Virus record (IMG/VR): IMGVR_UViG_3300008448_000373
Location: 1-32,227 of that record
Length of the DNA: 32,227 nucleotides
Reading direction: 5' to 3' (one strand)
Origin: a virus
Taxonomy: Duplodnaviria; Caudoviricetes
The notes beneath the pieces are model-generated. The model saw only the letters and a program-made list of their open reading frames with translations. It did no database searches and was not told where the DNA came from. This document shows, one piece after another, positions 7,391-18,600 of this stretch (positions are counted from its first letter, which is position 1; every line of letters begins with the position of its first letter). A program made the position numbers and the translations under genes.

Positions 7391-9607
7391 ATGCTTAATA
7401 TAAAAACCCTCACAGATACGCTGTCCGGCATGGACTTGCAGGAGTTGCAAGACTACGCTAGGGTAAATAAGAACGACCCTTACATTGTGTCAATGGCGCT
7501 GTCTATGGCAAACACAAAGAAAAAAATAAAGATCGCACAAGATGGCCAAGCGGGGATGATGCCGCAGCCTAAAGTAGCTGACCAACAAATTGCGCAGATG
7601 TCGGCTCCCCCACCGCAACAGATGTTGCCTGAAGATCAAGGCATTGCCACACTCCCCGCCCAAAACATGCAGAACATGGCAGGCGGCGGCATTGTTGCAT
7701 TTGATGATGGCGGTGAAGTGCCGGGGTATGCAGAAGGCATATTTACAGGGGCAAAGAAAAAGTATAAGCAGCTTAAGGGGTATGAGTTTGACGGTGGCCC
7801 TGAGATGTTTGATAAAGCGCTTAATGCTGAAGGTGTTACAGATCCTAAACAACGGGCATTTTTAAAAGCTATTCATGCACAAGAATCCGATCAAGCCTTA
7901 AATGCCCCCACCCGCGATAAGTCAGGCGCAATGGGGCCTATGCAAGTTACTAGAGATGCTTGGACAGATGTTTCTAAAAAAGGTGACGCATTAAAAAGCC
8001 GTTCTGACCCGTTTGAAAACATGAGGGCCGGTATCCGCTATGCCTCCACAGGCTGGCAAAAATCAGCCGGAAATCCTGTGTTAGCAGGCGCTTATTACTA
8101 CGGTGGCCCGGGAGGTTTTGCTAAAGCGCAAAAAGGTGAAGCCGTTGCGTCTTCTGAAGATAAAGGTCAGACAACTTTGCAGTACGGAAAGCAAATTTCT
8201 GCAAAATATCTTCAGATGTTGCCGCTGGCTGCGGCAACAGCCGCTCCTGAAATTGCAAAACCTCCTCCTCAAGCCGCGCCGCAAGCGCAAGGTATTGCCA
8301 CATTGGCAAGCGACCCAACTACGGGTTTTACTGTGCCGCAAGATGTGTTCAGCCCAAGCCCAGAAGAAGAACGCAAGTATGCTGCTGCGCAAGCTCAAGC
8401 AGCAGCAGAAGCTAAAAGACGTGAAGCTCTTGTCAGCCAAATCCCCGGTCAAACAGCTAAAGCGCCAGCATTTAAAGACACCAACACTTACTTTGGTGGT
8501 GTTGCTGACAGAATGGGTATACCCTTAGAAGTTCAGCGCAATGTTGCCAACACAATAAATGCAACGAGTGGGTTTACTGCGCCTATTGGCGGCGTTAACC
8601 GTGCGGCTGCAACTGTTTCCAAAGGGCTTGAGCCTACGGCAGAGATGATTCAAAAAGCTGCGCAAGCAAAACAAATTGCCGAAACGCCTCGCATTCTTCC
8701 CCCTGCCAAAGCGGGACTTGAAGCTCTTGATGAAGCATCTGCGGCTACCCGCGCTGCTGCTGATAATGCACGCCGTATGCGGCTACTTGAACAAGACCGC
8801 AAAGCTGCAATAGGCGCAGAACAATCCGTAGATGCAGCAACAAAGTCTGCCGCAATTGCAGACAAGTTTGCCAAAGAAATTGCTTTAGCGCAAGATGCTG
8901 CTCGGTTGAACCAAGCCAAAATGACAGGCGCTGCTCAAGGTTTAGCTATGACTCAAGCGGCTGACAAAGCCAATTTGATCCCTAGAGGTGGTGCAGATAT
9001 TGGCACTTTAACACCCAACGAAAATATTAAGGAAAGTGTTTTTGATCCAAATTTTGGCGGCAAACTACCCCCAGATGTTAAAAAAGATATTGTTGATGAT
9101 CTAAAAGAAAAAACCGGTGCGTCTACAGCCGAACTTAAAAAACAAGCCGCTGACAGCGGTATGGACTTCAACAGTTTTCTGTTCCGTTTTGGTTTGGGTC
9201 TGCTGGCAGGAGAATCACAGTACGCTTCGGTAAACGCAGGCAAAGCAGGACTTGGCGCTTTGGATGCAGAATTGGCCTCGCAAAAACTCAAACAGTCTGC
9301 TGCCACCACGCAAGCCGATATTGCGTACAAAGAAGCTATGGCTGCGCAAGCCAAGATGCCTGCGGGTGAAGTCCAGATGATTGAAAGGTACGCTAACGAT
9401 CCTAAGTTTCGTAAAGCGGTTGATATGATGGCTGCTGCTAAACGTGAACCAATGACTCGTGAAACCCTGTTCAAAGAGTACATCAAGTCTCCCGTTGCAA
9501 GTATCAAACCGTTTTCTGAATATGTGTCAGAATACGAAAAAGAATTTGGGCCGCTGGGTGCGGGTGTTCCTACGGGAGTCATCGTCAGCCGCGCAGGACA
9601 AACATAA
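7391..9607 (+). CDS. Internal virion protein with lytic transglycosylase (SLT) domain
   Basis: AIHAQES (catalytic Glu codon at 7883), GAMGPMQV, DPFENMRAGIRY and AYYYGGPG are SLT motifs; remainder is Ala-rich helical. Confidence 0.8.
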   Translation: MLNIKTLTDTLSGMDLQELQDYARVNKNDPYIVSMALSMANTKKKIKIAQDGQAGMMPQPKVADQQIAQMSAPPPQQMLPEDQGIATLPAQNMQNMAGGGIVAFDDGGEVPGYAEGIFTGAKKKYKQLKGYEFDGGPEMFDKALNAEGVTDPKQRAFLKAIHAQESDQALNAPTRDKSGAMGPMQVTRDAWTDVSKKGDALKSRSDPFENMRAGIRYASTGWQKSAGNPVLAGAYYYGGPGGFAKAQKGEAVASSEDKGQTTLQYGKQISAKYLQMLPLAAATAAPEIAKPPPQAAPQAQGIATLASDPTTGFTVPQDVFSPSPEEERKYAAAQAQAAAEAKRREALVSQIPGQTAKAPAFKDTNTYFGGVADRMGIPLEVQRNVANTINATSGFTAPIGGVNRAAATVSKGLEPTAEMIQKAAQAKQIAETPRILPPAKAGLEALDEASAATRAAADNARRMRLLEQDRKAAIGAEQSVDAATKSAAIADKFAKEIALAQDAARLNQAKMTGAAQGLAMTQAADKANLIPRGGADIGTLTPNENIKESVFDPNFGGKLPPDVKKDIVDDLKEKTGASTAELKKQAADSGMDFNSFLFRFGLGLLAGESQYASVNAGKAGLGALDAELASQKLKQSAATTQADIAYKEAMAAQAKMPAGEVQMIERYANDPKFRKAVDMMAAAKREPMTRETLFKEYIKSPVASIKPFSEYVSEYEKEFGPLGAGVPTGVIVSRAGQT

Positions 9608-9622
9608 ACCAGAGAGGCGTAA

Positions 9623-12600
9623 ATGCCGCAGTACAAAGTCGAGATTCCGGGTCAAGGCACATTTAATGTTGACTCCCCGGAAGAGCTAACCGATGCACAG
9701 GTCTATGCAGCGGTTCGACAACAACTGCGCTCTGAAGTTTCTGAAGCACCACAAGAAGTAGCTGCGCCAACCATTGGTGGGCAGACCAAAGAATTTTTTA
9801 AAGGGTTGCTTCCCGGCGGTATTGGCTTAGTTGAACAAGCTGGTATGGGTATATCAGCACTGCTGCCCGAAGAACAAGAAAAAGCTACACAACAATACAT
9901 TAAAGAAGCTGCGGCTACAGCCAAAGCTCCGTTTGCCGCTGCGCCGGGGTATGAGGACACAATAGGGCGTAAGTTTGGTGAAGCTACGGGTTCAATAGTT
10001 CCGTTTCTTGCCACTGGCCCGTTTGGTATGGCGGGGCGTGTAGCTGGTTACGGACTTGGTATTGGTGCTGGCGCTGGCACACAGGTAGAGAAATCTGCCG
10101 CTGAAGGCGCAACTGAAGAACAACAAACCGCCGCTACTGCGTTGGGTTCCGTGGTTGGTGCTTCAGAAATGTTTGCGCCTGCTCGCATCCTTAAACGTAT
10201 TGCAGAACCTCTAGCCGCAGGCGCTGCCGCGCTTGTAAAACGTGCGTTGATGGCGGGTGGAGAAGAAGCTGCACAAGAAGCCGCAGCGCAGGCAGCACAG
10301 AACCTTATCAGCAAAGGTATATACAAACCTGAACAAGAGATTATTGAGCAGGTTGGTGAGTCTGCCGCTTACGGCGGTGCTGTTGGTGCATTAGCACAAG
10401 GCTTGTTAGATTTGGCGCTGGGGCGCAGAGTTCGCGGCGCTCCTTCTGAACAACCCGAGGCAGGTGAAACTGCTGCCCCTCCTGAACCGGGCGCGCCTGT
10501 TGCTCCCACTACTCCTGAGGAGGAGGTGCCCGAGCCTACTTTACAGCAACCTGTTCCTGAGAAAGATATCAAAGAACCCGTGCTCCCCGGAGCCGCTGCA
10601 TCGTTTAAAGAACGCTTGGATCAGCGCAAACAGCTTGAGAAAGCCGTTGCCCCCTATGAAAAAGAACAGGCTCGTGTAGCCGCCTTGACCCCGTTTGACT
10701 ACCTGATGGAGCAGACAGGTGAGGTGCCCAAACCCGCAAAAGTCAAAGAAGGTGAAGGAGTTGTTACCGCCGATATGACCGGCCTGCCTTACGCCATGAA
10801 GTTTGCCAAGAAGCAGATTGAAGCCGCCAAGTACAACGAGATTGAGCCGGACGTTTCCAAATACATTGAGTATTTGATTACAAAGCCTGAATACGCCGAC
10901 ATTTTGGCCAAGCAAGTCAAACAACTGCCGGGGCTAAATGCCAAACAAAGCAAGTCCGTGTTGGCCGCTTTGCCATCAGCGTTGAAGTTACGAGCCGAAG
11001 CAGAAGCCAAGAAAACCGCAGAAACAGAGAAACCTGCCGAGACTCTTGATAAAGATTTAAGCCACCTTGAACCTTTGTTTAATAAGGCTTTTGAAGGTAA
11101 AGCACCCATCATTGAGGTCAACGAAAACCTCATGCCAACCCGCAACGCCAAGATAGTGCGGGAGAATGTCAATACTTTACTGCAACAAGCTGATGATGTA
11201 GAAGCAGCATACAGGGCTGCGCGGCGTGCTGGTAATAGGGCGGCAGCGGTCTCTGCTTTTGCGCAGAAGCAAATCATTACCAAGAAGCTCAACGCACTGA
11301 CTGAGGAAACTCCTGCCGGTGATTTGACTGCTGGAAAACAAAAACCTCCGGGAGAGATTGATACCCGCGCTTCTTACGCCAGAGAAGTTGTGCAGCTACG
11401 CCGCCAACAGCAGAAGGCTCTAGAGGACATTGAGGTCACGCTTAATACGCTCCGTGCTGGCGATGTGATGGGCAGAGAGATTGAACCCGTCCGTGACCCT
11501 GAAACGGGCCAGATCACCATGAAGCCGGTTGAGATTGGCAAAGGTGTAGCAGGTGCATCGGGCGCTGTGCTGGCACAACGTGCTGAGACTTTGCGTGGGG
11601 ACTACATCAACGCTTTGCTAAAGGAAGCGGCAACACATCGCCGTGCGCTGGGCAAAGCCCCCATTACCGTGGACGAAGCCACCAAAGCCGCCTCACGGGT
11701 GTATGACGTTGTAAGTGAGTGGATTGAACGCTCTAAAGCCAAGCCGTTGCCAAGGTTTGTTGAGAAGCCCGAGTTTGTAGAAAAGATTGTTCAGCCTGCC
11801 CAAAAACGTGCAGGCAAGATCATTAGAGGCGCTGTTACTGAACGGGCATACAGTGAAAAGCCTCCAGCCAAAGCTCCTGAAGGACAGGACTTTACTACCG
11901 GTAAATGGGAGAAGTTCCCCACAGGCAAGCCAAACCCACCTTTTGTTTGGGAATTTATAGACAGCCGCCCAGTAGAAGGCCGGTTCAACGAAATTGCAAG
12001 GCTGAGCGACAAGGAAGTCAAGCACTTCAAGGCTCAGATCGACAACGTAGTCAAGGACTTAGAAGAGATTCCGTCCGAAGTTTCACGTGAAACACCTCTG
12101 TTAAAGCAACAGTTTGCTGGTACTGAGGCGCAAAAGACAGCCGAAGCCAAGGGTGAGACAGCCACAACTGTGGGCGGAGAACTACGCCGTCGTACAGAAT
12201 TTGTGCGCAACTTGATGGCTAAGCCGCCTCTCAAGCCGTTGACAGAAGAAACCCGCAAAACTTTAAACCTGAAGCTGCTTGATCGTGCCGTTGACATTAT
12301 GGACAGCGGCAAAGCCTCACGCGGTTTGTTGGACGCTGTTGAACCTATTGTTACAAACTTGGCTGAAGGCCGTGAGGTTCTTCCCCAAGATATACGGGCG
12401 CTTGATGATGCCATAAAGCTGTATGAACGTACAGCCCAAGAGGGTGAGATTGCTGGTGAAGGTGCGGCTGGTCAAGGTCAGTTGTTCCCTGAGACTCGCA
12501 AAGACATTGGTTATATCCGCGCCACTCCTGCCAACTTTGCCAAGTCACCACAGATCAAACCTGTATGGGAAGCGTTAGAGCAGTCCCGCAAGCTCAAGGC

Positions 12601-15600
12601 AGAGCTAGACCAGAAGACCAAAATAGATAAAGCCAAGGCCGTTGTAGCCATCAATGAAATTGAAAGCCTTACAACATTGGTTGACAACATTAAGAAGGAC
12701 ACCAAGTTCTTTTGGGCAGACACTACCAAGTGGTCAAACCAAGCGTTGGCTAAAGCGTTTGTTCAGTTTCCCGATATTGGTAAGACAGCCGAAGAGCAGG
12801 CGCTTGTTGACATTTACCTTAAAAGTCCCAAGAGTCTTTCTGCCGCAGATGCGGCTAAAGTTAAAGAACTTGTGTCTGCGTTCAACACAAAAGCGTTGCC
12901 ACAGTACAAAGAAAAATTAAACCAAGCAGTGCAAATGCTTGCCCAAGGTGAACGTCTTAACGACGTTGACAACCGGTTGCTTGGTTTTATGCAAGACACT
13001 AACAAAAGTGTTCGTGAAGCAGCAGAAGCTAAGAAACAAGCGCTTGCCCCTTTGCAGGAAGCACTGGATAGGATTAAGGTCGCGCTCAAAGCGTCGCCTG
13101 TTTTGACAGAAGCTCAAAAAGATGCACTTGGTTTAGAAGGCAAGATCAGCGACCAGCGTGCTAAGTACGGTCAGTCTGTTGAAGCAGCTATCAAAAAGAC
13201 CAACGACCAAATGGTTGCAGCAAGAGACGCCATCCTTAACCCACAAATTGAGCCAGTGCTGCGCTCACTCAAAGCCGCAGGTACGCGTCTTGAAAAAGTG
13301 TTGGATGAAATTGTTAACGCAGAAAAAACGTTTGATGCAATGCTGGAGACCAAGGGCGGCGAAGAACGCCTGCTGAGTTCTCCGTATCAAGTTGAGAGCT
13401 TGCGCAAGAACAAAGAAACTGCTGAAAAACTTATTGACCAGATTCAAGAACAGTCAAAGATATACGAAGACTTGCTCACGCAAAAGAATGAAGACTTCAC
13501 ACGTAGTTCAATAGCCGTGCAGGCTATGCTGGACAAGAACGTCAAGTACGAGCGTGAGTATCTGGAAATACTTGAGGGGCAGCTTGCGTTTGTGCGTGGT
13601 GAAAACATTGATGCAATGCAAGAAAAGCCGGGCGAGCGCCGGATGTTTGAGAAAGTTGTGTCTACGCAGAAGTATCCGTTTGCTGCTCGCCGCGCTGAAG
13701 AAGCAATCAAAGCTCAACGTGCCGCGTTGGAGTCCGCAAAGAAACGTGCAGACGAGTTCAAGAAGGACACAGCGGATACTAAAGTCAAGCTTGAAAAGAC
13801 TCAGAAACAAGCCGCAACAGATATTGCAGATAAATTGCCCGGCGTTCAGATGTCGCAAGGCGAAGTTAGCAAACTTAAAACTGCGGCTGAGAAAGAAGCT
13901 GAGGCAAAAAACAAGGCCGAGCTTGACCTTACCGCTGAGACCATTGATGCTGGCAGACGCGCTCAGATAAAGCAGACACAGCTTGATGAATTAAACACTG
14001 AGCTTGAGAATCTATACCTTGACTTTGCTGGGCGTGCTGGCCCAACAGACCCTGCTATGTTGCAGGAGTTTGCGCGTAACAAGAAGAAGTCACCCGCTAC
14101 ACGTGCGTATGCACAAGCCAAGCTTGACCTGTATAACAAGATTGAAATCCTTGAAGCGCAAGAAGATTCAATCAAAACAGGTAAGCCTTTTAGAAAGCCA
14201 CGCACAGCCACTACGCCGAGCACTGCCGCGTTGGCGGGAGCCAAAGAGTTTCGTTCAGGTTCTGATGCTCAGCGTGAGCAACGTCAGAAACGCGTTGATG
14301 CGGCAATTGACAAAGAGTACGCACGTTACGAACGGCTTGAAACAAAAGCCACAATGCAGGCAGACAAAGAAGCACGCAAGTATGCTGAGGATTTGTTTGA
14401 GAGCGACGACTACATTGAGCCGTCTAGACAGAGCTACGAGTTCTCACGCGGTGTCCCATCGACAGGCTTGACCAAGGCGGAGCTTGAAGCTGAGCTTACT
14501 GCTGGTATGGGGGAGCCTGTTACTGGTCGCGGTAAAGAAGCGCAGGTTAATCGTGCACTGAGTGTGTATGAGAATCTTGACGAATACTTAAGCCAGTTTA
14601 AAGATGCCACACGTCAAAAACTAGAAGGCCAAATTCCATCAGACGCTAAAGGTTTTGTGCAAGACGGCAAGGCGGTACTGTTTGCCAACAACATAGCCAA
14701 AGGCGAAGGTCTGGGCGTATTGCTCCACGAAGTCGGCGTGCACATAGGTTTCCGCAATTTCTTTAACCAAGCTCAATACAACGCTTTGGTTAAGACAGTT
14801 AAATCATGGGCTGCGCGTGAAGACGGTTCTATGGAAGCGCGTGTTGGTAAAGCCGCAATGGATAGAGTTAAAGCTGCTGAGACACCTGCAAACCAAATTG
14901 ATGATGAGCTTTTAGCGTATGCCGTTGAAGAGGCAATGAAAGCTGGGGTCGAGCCAGAAGGCGTGAAGAAAGGTTCTGCTGTGCAGAACTGGTTGCGCAT
15001 GGTGGTCGATGCGTTTAGAAAAGCGCTTGAGAAGTTTGGCATCAACGCCAAGAACTTGACTGCTGGTGACTTGGTTAACTTTGCTTACGGTGCGGCACAG
15101 CTTGAACTCAAAGGAACTTGGCACGGCACTGGCGTAGAGTTCAAAGAGTTTGACCATTCATATATGAGTACCGGTGAAGGCCATCAAGCATTTGGCTATG
15201 GCACATATCGTGCACAACAAAAAGGTATTGGTCAAAATTATCAACGTATTGCGGCAGAAAACCAAACTGAAAAATGGATGGAGCGCCCAGATGTAAAAGA
15301 ATGGTATGAAACACAAGCACCAAAATTTACAGGTACGTTGCCTGAAGGAACGCCTGATTGGATTTTAGACTACGCTTTGTTTGAAGCCGCCACAGTGAGT
15401 GGTTCTTACATAACTTCCAACCCTTACAAAGCTTTTAAAGATACTTTTAAAAACAACATAAAAGAATTAACGGATTTGCGTAAAGACGGTAGGCCTGAAG
15501 CAGCTTTTAAAGATGCTACTGATGCTGAGTTTAAAAACAAACTTAAAGAACTTGAAAATTATGCAGAAACTGCGGATGAGCATTTGGTTGCTGTTTATGA

Positions 15601-18600
15601 TCAACCTGTGTACAAAGGCAAACCGTATTACGAAATCTACAACACAAACCCAACAGCCGGTAATGTTATACATATGTTTGAACGATTACGGGATAAAAAT
15701 AACGGAGTGGCACCAACTTGGAAAGAGGCTATTGAAAAAGCAAAAGTTGACGCTGGCATTATGTCAGACAGTTTTAAAGATACCCCAGAAGACCGTGTTT
15801 TTTACGATCGTTACAAACAAGTTTATGACACTATAGACAGCCTTGACGTAAATGATTTTAAATACAACCCGCCGTCTGGCCCCCCCGTGCCAGCGCCAGT
15901 TGGTTATTTGATGCGCACGTTGCATACGCGTCCAGAAAACGAATACGTTCATTGGGACGACCTTGCAGACAAACAACCACCGGTTATCAAAGCCGTATTT
16001 AAGCGCATCTATGATTCATTGACCTCACCACAAAAAGGATTTTTTGATCGTGCTATAGGCACGTCCCCGCCTGATCGCCAAAATGGGCAGGACTTGTACC
16101 AAGCGTTGAGCGCTGTATTTGAAAAGTCCGGCACACCAAGCAAATTGTCTGACATGATGGCGTCTGAAATGTTGTACGCCGAAGGTGTTGCAGGCATTAA
16201 GTTTTTTGACAATCCCTCAAGACAAACAAAAAAAGGTACGTTTAATTACGTTGACTTTGGCGACAAAGAAGAGGGCGCTCAAATACTTGGTGTTGACCTT
16301 GAGCCTGTTGGGAAGACCAAAGAGATGCTGTTCTCCCGCGCTGTTGCCCCGGGGTTTGAGGATGCGCTGAACACAGCCAACGACATCATTGCTAAGCCTA
16401 AAACAGTCCGTCAACGGGTTGAGGCTAACCTTGGTCTGGCGTTCCGTACACAGGTACTGGACAGACTGGCTCCTCTGGAACAAATTGCCAAGACTATGCT
16501 TGACCCCCTCAAGGGTACGCAGATGATGTACTACCTGCGCATGTCAGACCAGCGCATGTCCTTTGTTCAGCAAGCTGTTGGTCGTGGCGTTCCACAACTT
16601 GTTGGTTACAAGCGCAAAGACGGACAGACTGAGTACCTAATCGAAAGCAAAGAAGGCGTTAACTTGTCGTCTGTGGTCGACACCTTGAAGGACGCACCCG
16701 GCATGAATGCTGAAGCAGCCAATAAGTTGTTCACGCTGTACTTGGCTGGCAAACGTGCTGATCGTGTTGGCTACAACAAGCTGAACTTCTCCAAGACAGA
16801 AGCTGAGATACGCAGTGCCGTTAAACAAATTGAAAGTAACAAAGAACTGCTAGGCGTGTTTGAAAAAGCACGCACCCAATACAACAACTACAACCGCAAC
16901 TTGATGAAGTTCATGGAGTCTACGGGCGCTATGTCTAAGGAAGTTGCTGAACAGCTTGCCAGCACCAACGACTACATTCCCTATTACCGTGAGCGCAACG
17001 GCAACGCCGAACTGGTCATTGGCGGTGAAGGCACGTTCAAGATGGGTAGTCTTAAAGATCAACCACAACTGAAAGAGTTGATTGGTGGTGAAGAAAAGAT
17101 TATGGACTTTCTGACAAGCTCAGTGGAGAACACGTCCATCATTATGGATATTGGCTTGCGCAACAAGGCTACTACCAATGCTATGTTTGAGTTGGTTGAT
17201 CTGGGTATTGCCCGATTTGTTAAGCCTGACTCAACTGGCCCCAACATTGTGCGCTTTAAAGATCGCGGTGAAGAGAAGGCGGTTGAGATTAACACACGCA
17301 ATACCGATTTTCCCGCCGACTTACTGGTCAAAGGGCTTGAAGGTATTCCTGTAAACAACTCTGCACTTATCAGAGCTATGGGCGTCCCATCTACTTTCTT
17401 GCGTAAAGCTATTACCCTAAACCCGCTGTACTCTTTGCGTCAGATATTCCGTGACTCTGTTGCGGCTCCTCTGCTGTCCGGCGCAGACATGTTGCCCATC
17501 ATTGGCGCTCTCAAACAAATTGGTGCGTCGGCAACAAAAGAAAAGCTGGAGGCTCGCGGCATTGTTGGTGGGCAAGTATTTACTGGCACAAACGAAGACC
17601 TTACAACCATCCTCAGAGAATTCCAGTCAGGCAAGATGGGGCTGTCTCAGTTGATGGCACGCGCTGAAGGTATTGCAATGGAAGCTGACGCGTCTACTCG
17701 CCGTGCTCAGTACGACTCATACATCAAGCAAGGGCTGTCCGAGATGGAAGCTACGCTGATGTCGCTGGAGTCAATGAACTTCAACCGCAAAGGCTTGTCG
17801 CCCAGCGTGCGCATGGCGTCTACGCTGATACCTTTCTTCAACGCCCAGTTGCAAGGCTTGGACGTTTTGTATCGTGCCATGACAGGCAAGATGCCGTTCA
17901 ACGAGCGCTTAGACATTCAAGGGAAACTGTACCGCCGTGGCATGTTGTTGGCTGGCACAGCCGTGGCTTACGCCCTGCTCATGCAGGACGACGAGGCCTA
18001 CAAGAACGCTAACCCTGATGAGAAGTATGGCAACTTCTTTGTGCGCATCCCCGGATTAAAAGAACCTATGCGTATCCCAATCCCGTTTGAGATCGGTTAT
18101 ATCTTTAAAGCTCTGCCCGAAGCTATGGTCAACATTATGGCAAACAAGCAAGGCGATGAGGAAGCATACAAAGCATTCAAACAGATTGTGCTTCAGACCA
18201 TACCGGGCGGCACCTCTTTGTTTATACCTGCCGCTGTGAAACCTGCGATTGAAAACGTGGCCAACTACTCGTTCTTTACTGGGCGCTCACTTGAGACCAA
18301 GCGTGAACAGAATCTTGAGGCGGCTTACCGCTACCGAGACAACACTTCTGAGATTGCCAAGTTCATTGGTCAGGCTGGCAATGTGTCACCTATCAAAATA
18401 GAAAACCTGATACGCGGCTACACCGGCTCTATGGGTATGGCGCTGGCTCAGAGCTTTAACATAGCGATGCCAACACCCAAGGGCACACCAGAGCAAGCTA
18501 CCAAGCGTTTGTCCGAAACTGCTGTGATTGGCCCTCTGTTCCAACCCAACGATGCTGGCGGTATTGTTGGTGCTGTCTATGACCGCATGACTGAAGTAAA

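Noticed and set aside
8953-9636. 227-aa antisense ORF, and the many other antisense ORFs within the structural genes
   Set aside because: Shadow frames of Ala/Glu/Lys-rich sense genes with no recognisable motifs.
15255-15900. Intein or intron in the giant protein
   Set aside because: No C/S start or HN-C/S/T end, no LAGLIDADG or HNH motif, and the frame is continuous.
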